Virus record (IMG/VR): IMGVR_UViG_2579778687_000002
Strand: one strand, 5' to 3'
Length of the DNA: 20,000 bases
Source of the DNA: an uncultured virus (IMG/VR IMGVR_UViG_2579778687_000002)
Lineage: Duplodnaviria > Heunggongvirae > Uroviricota > Caudoviricetes
Below are positions 8,055 through 16,387 of the stretch, piece after piece; position 1 is the stretch's first letter; each line of letters starts with the position of its first letter. The notes beneath the pieces were generated by a model. It worked only from the letters and a program-made list of their open reading frames with translations. It was not told the DNA's origin and searched no databases. Both the position numbers and the translations under genes were made by a program.

Positions 8055-8081
8055 AGCGCCCCACCTGGGGCGCTTTCTCTT
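8055..8081 (+). terminator. Rho-independent terminator-like hairpin
   Basis: AGCGCCCC-ACCT-GGGGCGCT followed by the pyrimidine run TTCTCTT. Confidence 0.6.
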
Positions 8082-8207
8082 CCAGCACGCACCGGACGCC
8101 GCCCTGTGGGCGATTCAACCATGCCTCGTGGGCCGCCCTGTCAGGCAGGGCGGCGTCCAGTGCCTGTTCACGGAGTACTGACGTACTTCTAGCGGGTCGC
8201 GTACAGC

Positions 8208-8534
8208 CTAACGACTCTGGGTGTTGAGAACCTCATAGTTACGATCTGCATGCGCCTTGGTTACCCAAGTGTTCTTTGTCGACCTGGCTTGAGCCTTGGA
8301 TCCGCTCAAAGTTTGGACCACTCGTCCCACGGCCTTCGATGCAACAAGTGCAGCGCTTTCAACCTTTGTCGGAGAACCCCGATAGCCTGCGGCAGACCGA
8401 AAATGATTGAGGATGATGTCTTGCTGATAAGCAGGTGTTTGCTCTCCACCGATTGTTGATGCACCCACCGTCTCATACCGGTAATAGACCTTGGTGTCAT
8501 CGAACACGATCTCGACGATTCTGAAGTCAGGCAT
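8208..8534 (-). CDS. Moron, hypothetical protein (108 aa, MPDFRIVEIVFDDTKVYYRYET...)
   Basis: GGAGGA RBS before ATG 8534; antisense to the backbone, intermediate GC. Confidence 0.75.
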   Translation of the reverse strand: MPDFRIVEIVFDDTKVYYRYETVGASTIGGEQTPAYQQDIILNHFRSAAGYRGSPTKVESAALVASKAVGRVVQTLSGSKAQARSTKNTWVTKAHADRNYEVLNTQSR

Positions 8535-8650
8535 CTCTCCTCCCTGATCCGGCCCCATGCCGGGCCATCCAACTCTAGCCCCAACGACATCACTGCGCCA
8601 TCACGCATAGCGCAGTGCGTCCTCACGTTCGCGAAAAGGAACCCCGCCGT

Positions 8651-9451
8651 ATGAGCAGTCAGGTCGACATCATCAAGCCCGAATCGCGCATCGTGGTCCA
8701 GTTCAGTTGCGGCGCGGCCTCTGCGGTCGCCGGCAAGCTGGCCCTGGCGCAGTACGGCGATACCCACGACGTCCAGTTCCTCAATGCCTATCTGGCCAAC
8801 GAGCATCAGGACAACCGGCGCTTCCTTGCCGACTGCGAGGCATGGACTGGCCGGAAATTCACGGTGCTGCGCGACGAGAAGTACGGCGCCGACGTGCTCA
8901 ACGTCTTCCGCCGCGAGCGCTACATGAAGGGCCGCACTGGCGCGCCCTGCACCAAGCTGCTGAAGCGTCGCCTGCTGGACACCTGGAAGCGTCCCGGCGA
9001 CGTGATGGTGCTCGGCTTCACTGCGGAAGAAGAGCACCGGCTGGACGACTTCCGCGAGCGGAACCCCGACCGTCCGGTGATCGCGCCGCTGATTGAGCGT
9101 GGCCTGGGCAAGGAGGACTGCAAAGCCATCATCGCCCGCGCCGGCATCGAACTGCCGGCCATGTACCGCCTGGGCTACGAGAACGCGAACTGCATCGGCT
9201 GCGTGAAAGGCGGAGAAGGCTACTTCCGGGCGATCCGGGAGGACTTTCCCGAGCAGTTCGAAGCCTTGTGCATGGTGCAGGACGAGCTCGGCCCGGGTTC
9301 GTACCTCTTCCGCAACCGCCAGACCCAGGAACGCTACTCGCTCCGCGACCTTCCCTCCGGGCCGATCCGCCGCAACGAAGCCATTCCGGCGTGCAGCTTC
9401 TTCTGCGAGCTCGCCGAGGCCGACATCATCCATAAGGAACCCGCCGCATGA
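8651..9451 (+). CDS. PAPS-reductase-like / adenine nucleotide alpha-hydrolase (PP-loop) protein, Cys-rich (266 aa)
   Basis: Degenerate PP-loop VVQFSCGAASAVA, PCTKLLK, VLGFTAEE..R, PLIE, YRLGYENANCIGCVKGG, terminal CSFFCE; AAGGA RBS. Confidence 0.8.
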   Translation: MSSQVDIIKPESRIVVQFSCGAASAVAGKLALAQYGDTHDVQFLNAYLANEHQDNRRFLADCEAWTGRKFTVLRDEKYGADVLNVFRRERYMKGRTGAPCTKLLKRRLLDTWKRPGDVMVLGFTAEEEHRLDDFRERNPDRPVIAPLIERGLGKEDCKAIIARAGIELPAMYRLGYENANCIGCVKGGEGYFRAIREDFPEQFEALCMVQDELGPGSYLFRNRQTQERYSLRDLPSGPIRRNEAIPACSFFCELAEADIIHKEPAA

Positions 9452-11220
9452 TCATCAAGCGCACCCTCTACCACTTCCACTTCTGCTGCGGCCTGGGCGG
9501 CGGTGCCGCCGGTTTCAACCGGGCGCGGCCGCGGGTCGGCAACGTCGAGGCCGAATGGGTCTGCCTCGGCGGGATCGACGTGGACCCAGCCGGACTGCGC
9601 GACTTCGAGCGCCTGGCTGGTGTCCCGGGCACCCTGCTGGACCTCTTCACCCGCGACCAGTACGTGCGGTTCCACGGCACGGAGCCGCCGGCAGGCTGGC
9701 GGGAGGCGACCCCGGAAGATATTCGGCGCGCCGCCGGCGGGCGCCGACCGGATGCGGTGTTCATCAGTTCGCCCTGCAAGGGCGCCTCTGGCCTCCTCTC
9801 CGAGAAGATGAGCCTGACCCCGAAGTACCAGGCGCTGAACGAGTTGACGCTGCGCTGCATCTGGCTCATGGGCGAGGCATGGGCTGATGACCCGGTGCCG
9901 CTGATCGTCTTCGAGAACGTCCCACGCCTCGCCAGCCGCGGCCGGCACCTGCTTGACCAGATCGGCCAGTTGCTCGGCGGGTTCGGCTACGCCGTGGCGG
10001 AAACTACTCACGACTGCGGCGAGCTGGGCGGCCTGGCTCAGTCCCGGAAAAGGTTCCTGCTGGTCGCGCGGCACGTCGAGAAAGTGCCGCCCTTCCTGTA
10101 CGAGCCAGAGAAGAAGTCGCTCCGCGCCGTCGGCGACATCCTCGGTCGCATGCCGCTTCCCGGCGACATCGAGGCCGCCGGCCCGATGCACCGTGTGCCA
10201 TCCCTGCAGTGGAAGACCTGGGTGCGCCTCGCTCTGGTGCGAGCCGGCAGCGACTGGCGCAGCCTGAACGACCTGGCCGTCGAGGACGGCTACCTGCGCG
10301 ATCTGATCATCGTGCCGGAGTACCACCGGGGCGTCCTGGGCGTGAATCACTGGGGCGATTCGTGTGGCGTTGTCGCCGGCGCGAGCCGCCCGATGAACGG
10401 GCGGTTCTCAGTCGCGGATCCTCGCGCGCCGGCAAACGCCCTGCAATACCAGCAGTACGGCGTGCGCCGCTGGACCGACACCTCGGGCGCCATCATCGGC
10501 GTCAAGTCGCCCGGCCAAGGCACGTACTCCGTCGCCGATCCCCGCGGCCAGAGTTTCGGCAAGTATCCGGTCACCGACTGGGACGGCCCAGCCGGCACCG
10601 TGATCGCGGCCAGTACTACCGGCCAGGGTGCATTTGCTGTCGCGGACCCGCGCCACAGCGGCCCTGCCAAACACTCGAATGAGTTCCGCATCGTGCCTTG
10701 GAGCCGCCATGCACAAGCGGTTACCAGTGCCCACGGCACAGGGCAATGCGTCGAAGACCCGCGGGTGCTCAACCGGACGAAGGGAGACTCCTACCTCACC
10801 GGCGGCCACTACGGCGTGGTGGGCTTCGACCAGTCCGCCGGCGCAGTGTCGGCCAGCGCCAGGCACGACAATGGCCGGTGGAGCGTTGCCGATCCGCGCA
10901 TGCCGGCCGCGAATGACCGTCTGACCTGCATCATCCGCAGCCTGGACGGCACCTGGCACAGGCCGTTTACCACCCTGGAACTCGCCGCGCTGCAGAGCTT
11001 GGTCGACCCCGAAGAGCAGTTGGTCCTCGACGGCCTGAGCGACAGCGACTGGCGCGAGCGCATCGGCAACGCCGTACCGCCGGCCGCCGCCGAGGCCATC
11101 GCCGGCGTGATGGGCACCACCCTGCTGCTGGCCGAGGCCGGCGAAACCTTCATGCTCAGCAATACGCCGATCTGGGTGCGCCCGGTTGCGGTGGCGCTGA
11201 GTGTCGTATTGCCAGAATGA
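9448..11220 (+). CDS. C5 cytosine DNA methyltransferase with tandem internal repeats (590 aa)
   Basis: Motif I FCCGLGG, motif IV SSPCKG, motif VI FENV, motif VIII QSRKR, motif IX/X R.FT..E..ALQ...IGNAVPP. Confidence 0.92.
   Translation: MIIKRTLYHFHFCCGLGGGAAGFNRARPRVGNVEAEWVCLGGIDVDPAGLRDFERLAGVPGTLLDLFTRDQYVRFHGTEPPAGWREATPEDIRRAAGGRRPDAVFISSPCKGASGLLSEKMSLTPKYQALNELTLRCIWLMGEAWADDPVPLIVFENVPRLASRGRHLLDQIGQLLGGFGYAVAETTHDCGELGGLAQSRKRFLLVARHVEKVPPFLYEPEKKSLRAVGDILGRMPLPGDIEAAGPMHRVPSLQWKTWVRLALVRAGSDWRSLNDLAVEDGYLRDLIIVPEYHRGVLGVNHWGDSCGVVAGASRPMNGRFSVADPRAPANALQYQQYGVRRWTDTSGAIIGVKSPGQGTYSVADPRGQSFGKYPVTDWDGPAGTVIAASTTGQGAFAVADPRHSGPAKHSNEFRIVPWSRHAQAVTSAHGTGQCVEDPRVLNRTKGDSYLTGGHYGVVGFDQSAGAVSASARHDNGRWSVADPRMPAANDRLTCIIRSLDGTWHRPFTTLELAALQSLVDPEEQLVLDGLSDSDWRERIGNAVPPAAAEAIAGVMGTTLLLAEAGETFMLSNTPIWVRPVAVALSVVLPE
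10327..10899 (+). repeat. Five degenerate ~36-45 aa protein repeats ending in V(A/E)DPR within the MTase variable region
   Basis: FSVADPR, YSVADPR, FAVADPR, CVEDPR and WSVADPR, each preceded by a GVxxW-like core. Confidence 0.85.
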
Positions 11221-11401
11221 TAGCCACTAACTGTCCCAACGTAGGTTGTCAAGATAAGCGGCAATCGCCTCCGTCAAGAGAGTATCGCCCCTAGCGGCGC
11301 CGCCACACAGGTCTAGTAGCATAAACCTACGTAGAACGGTAAGGTTATGAGGATGATCTGCTTGGCAAACTGCCGCCTGAAAGGAGCATTCAGTAAGAGA
11401 T

Positions 11402-12466
11402 ATGAGGAAAAGACATCCAACGGACGAGATATATCAGAGCATTGCCGACAGAAGGTCTCTGAAGGCTAGCAGATCGACCAGAAAATACAATCCAAACAAA
11501 GCCACTCATGCCAAGAGAATACTTGACAGAGAAGTGGTGCCAGCTCCAAGCAGCATCTCTTTCTTCGGAAAAGAGAATTACAAAAAATTCTTTGAGTTCA
11601 TAAAGAAACTGCACATCACATCATCAAGGTCGAAAATAATAATAGATCTACAAAAAACAAAAGACATAAAAATTTCCGCCGCATTAATTCTCTACGCAAC
11701 AGTAGAAATTATTCAAAAAAAACAAAAAAAGAAAGATCCTGTTAAAACAACAGTGTGCAGGCACTCCGGCGTCGCAAATGGACTACAACGCATCGGCCTC
11801 TGGAGACTTACGAAAGAAAGCAAGCATATTCGAAAAAATCTCTCCATGGGATTTGAGGTTTGCTCAACCTCCTACAAAGACCAACAGAGTGGCGACACCT
11901 CTCAACTCAGGCGCGCAATAACGTATGTTCAAGAGGCAATCAAAACCTCGGGAATGAATGAAGAAGAGGGGGTAAAGGCATTTGCAGCAATAACTGAGTC
12001 TTTTAGTAACGTCTGGCAACACGCATATGATGACGATTTCTATCCAAAACCTCTGCCAGATGATGAAAAAAATTGGTGGATAGTTGTCGAGAAAATTGAA
12101 AACCAATTATTCATTGCAGTGTACGACTCAGGAGTCGGCATACCAGCAACACTTTCAAAAAAACCTTGGTACAGCGATATAATTGATCATCTATTGGGTT
12201 CACTTGGCTTCCCCAGCTCTAACGACAGCTTAGCAATTAGAGCAGCGGTTGAGTATGGTAATTCGAGGTTTAAGACGGGAGGCAGAGGAAAAGGACTGGC
12301 CGAAGCGCAGGACTTTGTCACCGCGAACCCTGAAGGACAAATGCTAATATATAGTGGGCTTGGCTCTTACGAATTCAACGCTATGACACCTAACATAGAC
12401 AGCATAGAACCTCTGCCAGACAGAATGCCGGGCACATTCATACAGTGGAATATCCGGCTAGGATAA
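11402..12466 (+). CDS. GHKL (HATPase_c-type) ATP-binding protein with an N-terminal STAS-like region and no H-box (354 aa)
   Basis: N-box ESFSNVWQHAY, G1 DSGVGI, G2 GRGKGL, G3 PGT; AAGGAG RBS; AT-rich. Confidence 0.85.
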   Translation: MRKRHPTDEIYQSIADRRSLKASRSTRKYNPNKATHAKRILDREVVPAPSSISFFGKENYKKFFEFIKKLHITSSRSKIIIDLQKTKDIKISAALILYATVEIIQKKQKKKDPVKTTVCRHSGVANGLQRIGLWRLTKESKHIRKNLSMGFEVCSTSYKDQQSGDTSQLRRAITYVQEAIKTSGMNEEEGVKAFAAITESFSNVWQHAYDDDFYPKPLPDDEKNWWIVVEKIENQLFIAVYDSGVGIPATLSKKPWYSDIIDHLLGSLGFPSSNDSLAIRAAVEYGNSRFKTGGRGKGLAEAQDFVTANPEGQMLIYSGLGSYEFNAMTPNIDSIEPLPDRMPGTFIQWNIRLG

Positions 12467-12469
12467 TTT

Positions 12470-12793
12470 ATGAAAAGCGAAATCACAATTGATGTTGCCA
12501 AAAGTTTTTCTGACATGCCTTACGGCAGGAACGAAAAAGATGGAAAATTTAACGGATTCGCATTTAGAAAACTTCTGGTTGAGAAACTCAGCGAATACCA
12601 GAAGGTAAAGGTTGACTTAAATGGTACATTAGGCTGCGGATCATCCTTCACAGATGAAGCCTTTGGTGGCCTGGTAGCATATGAAGGTTTTAAGCCAGAA
12701 GAAGTACTAGAAAGGGTCGAAATAATTTACAGATATGACAGCATAGTGAGAACCATAAGAAAATATATTGAAGATGCTAAACCAGCGAGCTAA
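12470..12793 (+). CDS. STAS-like (DUF4325-type) protein (107 aa)
   Basis: PYGR..DG..NG..FR...VKVDLNGTLGCGSSFTDEAFGGL pattern typical of stand-alone STAS-like DUF4325 proteins; 3 nt after the ATPase stop. Confidence 0.85.
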   Translation: MKSEITIDVAKSFSDMPYGRNEKDGKFNGFAFRKLLVEKLSEYQKVKVDLNGTLGCGSSFTDEAFGGLVAYEGFKPEEVLERVEIIYRYDSIVRTIRKYIEDAKPAS

Positions 12794-13326
12794 TGGAGAC
12801 GACTATGTCATTACCATTTTGGTTAGCCATGGCGGGCTGGGCATTCACTTATTTAAATTCTAGAGCCTTAGCGAAGCAAGCTGAGGCTAATGCTATTGTC
12901 GCGACCGTAGACAAAATGCTGCAAGAAATTTCGGACGAGAATTACAAATTTTGGCGCGATGCAGACTCTTCCGACCAAGAGCACACAATGAAATGCCAAC
13001 TCTTTCAATCCTACATTACATTCAGGTGCAATTTTATAGAACTACGCATAAAGGCCTTAAGAATAAAGTGCAGCAACCGTATTATGTGGGACGGGAACTT
13101 TGATACTTTCGAAACAAAGGCTATTACTCTAATAGCGGAGCTTAGGGATCTGGCCACGTTAGATTCAGAACAAACTAACGATGTCGACCAGATGCAACGA
13201 AGACGAAAAATAATGCTCGTAAACAAAAAGACGATTGATCTTCACGAAATAATGAGCGATTTTATTCTAAGTCGCTTCAGATCCATATTTAGCTTCGAAA
13301 AGAACAAAGAGGAAGCATCACTATAG
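12793..13326 (+). CDS. Hypothetical protein with an N-terminal hydrophobic helix (177 aa); third gene of the cassette
   Basis: TAATG overlap with the STAS gene; LPFWLAMAGWAFTYLNS hydrophobic segment followed by an all-helical domain. Confidence 0.8.
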   Translation: METTMSLPFWLAMAGWAFTYLNSRALAKQAEANAIVATVDKMLQEISDENYKFWRDADSSDQEHTMKCQLFQSYITFRCNFIELRIKALRIKCSNRIMWDGNFDTFETKAITLIAELRDLATLDSEQTNDVDQMQRRRKIMLVNKKTIDLHEIMSDFILSRFRSIFSFEKNKEEASL

Positions 13327-13456
13327 GAAGAGCCGCAACTCCCGTATTCTTTATTATATGGAAACTTTTCCCCTGTAATGTGAAGTACGCGCTCGGCGGC
13401 TCAATCGAGTCCATCCCGTTCCTACCCAAAAGCCGCCAGCTTCACACTCCTAAGCG

Positions 13457-13834
13457 TTGGTGCGTTACTGGCTCCAGCACTCCAGTGGACCGCAACTGTT
13501 CGACTGGAACCCCGCGGAACGCTGCCATGTCCCGATCGTGGTCCCCGACGTGCCTGCCGGCGTTCCGGCTCCGCTGCGGCTCACCCAATGGAAGGAAGGC
13601 GCGCTGAAGGTGATCGCCACGCTACGCCGCCAGGGCTTCATCACAATGAGGCAGATCGCCGAATGCGGCGTCAGCGCCACGAACTGGACGCGATCCTGGC
13701 TCGACAAGGGCGCCGAGCGCGGCACGTGGGTTGAGTCTGCCCGCATGCCAGCGTTCGACCAGCAGCACCCCGAGGCCTTCACCAAGATCCAGCAGGCGCT
13801 GGACAAGAGCGCCCAGCCCACCCTCTTCACCTGA
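13457..13834 (+). pseudogene. Probable 5'-truncated remnant of a phage backbone gene
   Basis: The GC-rich coding frame begins abruptly at the AT-rich/GC-rich junction with a TTG start and no RBS. Confidence 0.55.
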
Positions 13835-13841
13835 GCCAACC

Positions 13842-14036
13842 ATGCCCAACTACTACCCCAAGGGCGGGCGCTGCCGCGCCTGCGAGCGACGCCTGGACGA
13901 CTGTTCGAGCTTCGACTTCAGCACGATGCCGGTCCACCGCCGTGACGGTCCCGACGTGATCGTCATCTGTACCGAGTTCCGACAGCTCAACCATGACCGG
14001 TCCCTACGAATAAACCCCAGGAGGAACTATGGCTGA
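13842..14036 (+). CDS. Small Cys-containing phage protein (64 aa, MPNYYPKGGRCRAC...)
   Basis: ATG 7 nt after the previous stop; CxxC...C...C; overlaps the next gene. Confidence 0.7.
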   Translation: MPNYYPKGGRCRACERRLDDCSSFDFSTMPVHRRDGPDVIVICTEFRQLNHDRSLRINPRRNYG

Positions 14037-14535
14037 GCCCCCTATCGACTACCAGATCAGTGCCGCTGACGCGCACGAACTGGCCGGCGCCGTTCTTCTG
14101 CCGGCGGACCTGCGCCGCCAGGTGTTGGAGAAAATGGCCGCCCAGCGCAACCTGGCCGCCATGCTCGACCTGTTCGCCCAGGTGCTGGGCATGGCCAACG
14201 CCGTCGCCGAGAACTGCCGTGCGATGGTGGAGTTGATCCTCATCGAGCGCGGCGAACACCCGCACACCGCGGAGCAGGCGAACCTGCCGACGATGTTCGG
14301 AGCGCTGCAAGGCGTTGTCCTGGCCGCCACTGTGGACCCACGCGGCACGTGCGCCGGCTGTGCCTATCGCCTCGGCACCCCGGCGAACACCTCGCCGGTC
14401 ACCACCTCCGATGCCATCCACTGCCGGCAGGAACTCAGCCGGTTCTACTGCCACGCCGACCTGGACGACCAGGGAAACCCGGTCCGCACCTGCGTCGGCC
14501 ACGCCAAAGCCATGAAGCAAGACGCCACGAAATGA
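14029..14535 (+). CDS. Hypothetical protein with a putative C-terminal Zn-binding motif (168 aa)
   Basis: AGGAGG RBS; CAGC...FYCH...CVGH. Confidence 0.8.
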   Translation: MAEPPIDYQISAADAHELAGAVLLPADLRRQVLEKMAAQRNLAAMLDLFAQVLGMANAVAENCRAMVELILIERGEHPHTAEQANLPTMFGALQGVVLAATVDPRGTCAGCAYRLGTPANTSPVTTSDAIHCRQELSRFYCHADLDDQGNPVRTCVGHAKAMKQDATK

Positions 14536-14657
14536 ACCGCCCCACCATCTGCCGCACCACGGGCCAACGGATAGGCCTGTGCAAATGCTTCCGCTGCCGG
14601 CCGCCGGCGCCGGAGCAACAGGAGACACCGCCATGTCCTCTACCCAACACCAACTGA
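14532..14657 (+). CDS. Small Cys-rich protein (41 aa, MNRPTICRTTGQRIGLCKCFRC...)
   Basis: ATGA overlap with the previous gene; C..CxCxxC. Confidence 0.55.
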   Translation: MNRPTICRTTGQRIGLCKCFRCRPPAPEQQETPPCPLPNTN

Positions 14658-15307
14658 TCAAGCAGTGCGCTACGCGCCTGCGCGGCATCGTCGAAGCCTT
14701 GGACAACATCCACGACACCAGCCCGCACCGCTGGTCGACGGACCTCGACGAGGTGCACTCCTCAGCCGAGAGCCTGCTTGCCCTGATCAATGACCAGGCG
14801 CCGACGCAAGATGCCCAGGGCCTGGCCGGCACAGCGCTTCGTGACTCACCGGCATCGGTAGAGCAGGCAGGCGTGGATGAGCGCGCGGTTTTCGAATTCT
14901 TCGTTCGCAAGCACTGCGGCATGCCGGAGCATATCGCTGTGAACTGGGACGCCAAGTTCACCAATGATGCATGGGAGGGGTGGAAAGCCCGCGCCGCCCT
15001 GGCGCAACCCTCCCCGGCGCCGACCACTTCCGGCTACGACCAGCTTTGGGGCTGGTTTGGCCTGAGCCGCAGCGCATACGCAGTCCTTCCGCGCGTGATG
15101 ATGCACGCGATGCCGGATGACTGGCAGGCCCGATTCGCTGAACTGATGGACGAGTGGGACGACCACTGGCCGAACCAGCCGGATATCACCGCCCACGTCC
15201 AGATCAAGCAGAACAACCGGTTTATCAGCACGCCTCCGTGGCTTCTCAACTACCGGCATCCCGACCACAACCAACTGAACGCCATGCGCGGCAAGGGTGA
15301 ACTGTGA
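14633..15307 (+). CDS. Hypothetical mosaic phage protein (224 aa)
   Basis: AGGAG RBS before ATG 14633; GTGA overlap with the next gene. Confidence 0.8.
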   Translation: MSSTQHQLIKQCATRLRGIVEALDNIHDTSPHRWSTDLDEVHSSAESLLALINDQAPTQDAQGLAGTALRDSPASVEQAGVDERAVFEFFVRKHCGMPEHIAVNWDAKFTNDAWEGWKARAALAQPSPAPTTSGYDQLWGWFGLSRSAYAVLPRVMMHAMPDDWQARFAELMDEWDDHWPNQPDITAHVQIKQNNRFISTPPWLLNYRHPDHNQLNAMRGKGEL

Positions 15308-16263
15308 TGCAAAAGAATGAGAATTTCGCAAAGCAGGCCGAGCAGGCAGAGGCGGAGCGGCCGGAGGTGGTTGGCGTCCGCTACGAGGACGGGACCATTC
15401 TGTCGGCCGAGGATTGCGGAACCGCGCTTGAGGTGTGCGCCAAGGTCCAGACGCCGCTGATGACCGTCGCCCAGCATGAGCGCATCGTCGGTGAGCTGCG
15501 GTTCGAACGCCAGCAGATGGACCGCGCTTTCACCGCGTGCATCAACGAGCGCGACGCTGCCAACGCCCGGCTGCACGAAGTAGCAACGGCCTGCGCAACG
15601 GCAGAGCAAGAGCGCGACGCTGCCTTGGTCAGGGTCGCTGAGCTGGAGAAGCAGGAGCCGGTGGCTCTCGCCAATCGCGGAATTCATGCCTTCTGGGTGA
15701 AGTGGACGGAGGCCGCTGCCGGCCTGTATGGCCCCGGCATCAAGCTCTACGCGCACCCGGTCGCACAGGCTCAGCACAGCGTGCCGGAGGGGTGGCGCAT
15801 CGAACGCTCAGCAGAGCGCATCGTCGTCATGAACCTGAACAACGGCGCTGGTTACGCCGCCGCCCGCGATGGTGAAAGCGGAATCGCAGAATCGGTCCTG
15901 TACCTGTTGGCTGCGGATCTGCTCGCCGCCGCGCCCGGCACGGAAGTGCCGCAAGCATGGCTCGACGTGCAGGCAGAGCGGAAGCGGCAGGTCGAGGTCG
16001 AGGGCTGGACGCCGGAGCATGACGATGCGCACAGCCACGGCCAGATGGCCCGAGCCGCCGCCTGCTACGCCCTGGCCGGCTCCAGCGCTCCGAACGATGG
16101 AACCGCCGCCCTGCTGGTGTCGCTGGCATGGCCGTGGGATGAACAGTGGTGGAAGCCGAGCACTGCTCGACGCGATATGGTCAAGGCCTGTGCCCTGGCG
16201 CTGGCTGAGATCGAGCGCCTTGACCGGGCAGCGGCGAGTCAGGGAGGGCCAAGCGATGCGTAG
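15304..16263 (+). CDS. Hypothetical mosaic phage protein (319 aa) with a coiled coil and a conserved-looking C-terminal domain
   Basis: Coupled ORF; coiled-coil ERDAA repeats; C-terminal DVQAERKRQ..EGWTPEHDD.H...WPW...WWKP...AEIERLDR. Confidence 0.8.
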   Translation: MMQKNENFAKQAEQAEAERPEVVGVRYEDGTILSAEDCGTALEVCAKVQTPLMTVAQHERIVGELRFERQQMDRAFTACINERDAANARLHEVATACATAEQERDAALVRVAELEKQEPVALANRGIHAFWVKWTEAAAGLYGPGIKLYAHPVAQAQHSVPEGWRIERSAERIVVMNLNNGAGYAAARDGESGIAESVLYLLAADLLAAAPGTEVPQAWLDVQAERKRQVEVEGWTPEHDDAHSHGQMARAAACYALAGSSAPNDGTAALLVSLAWPWDEQWWKPSTARRDMVKACALALAEIERLDRAAASQGGPSDA

Positions 16264-16378
16264 AGCGCTGACCGCCCTCGGCATCATCGCTGCCCTCGGC
16301 CTGGCCGTGGTAGGGCTGGTGGAGATATTCCCGATTATCCGCACGCTGGCGGCCTGGCAGGCGGGGTGCTTCGGATAG
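16256..16378 (+). CDS. Small single-TM protein (40 aa, MRRALTALGIIAALGLAVVGLVEIF...)
   Basis: GGAGG RBS; overlap with the previous stop; hydrophobic helix. Confidence 0.65.
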   Translation: MRRALTALGIIAALGLAVVGLVEIFPIIRTLAAWQAGCFG

Positions 16379-16387
16379 AGGCCGCGC

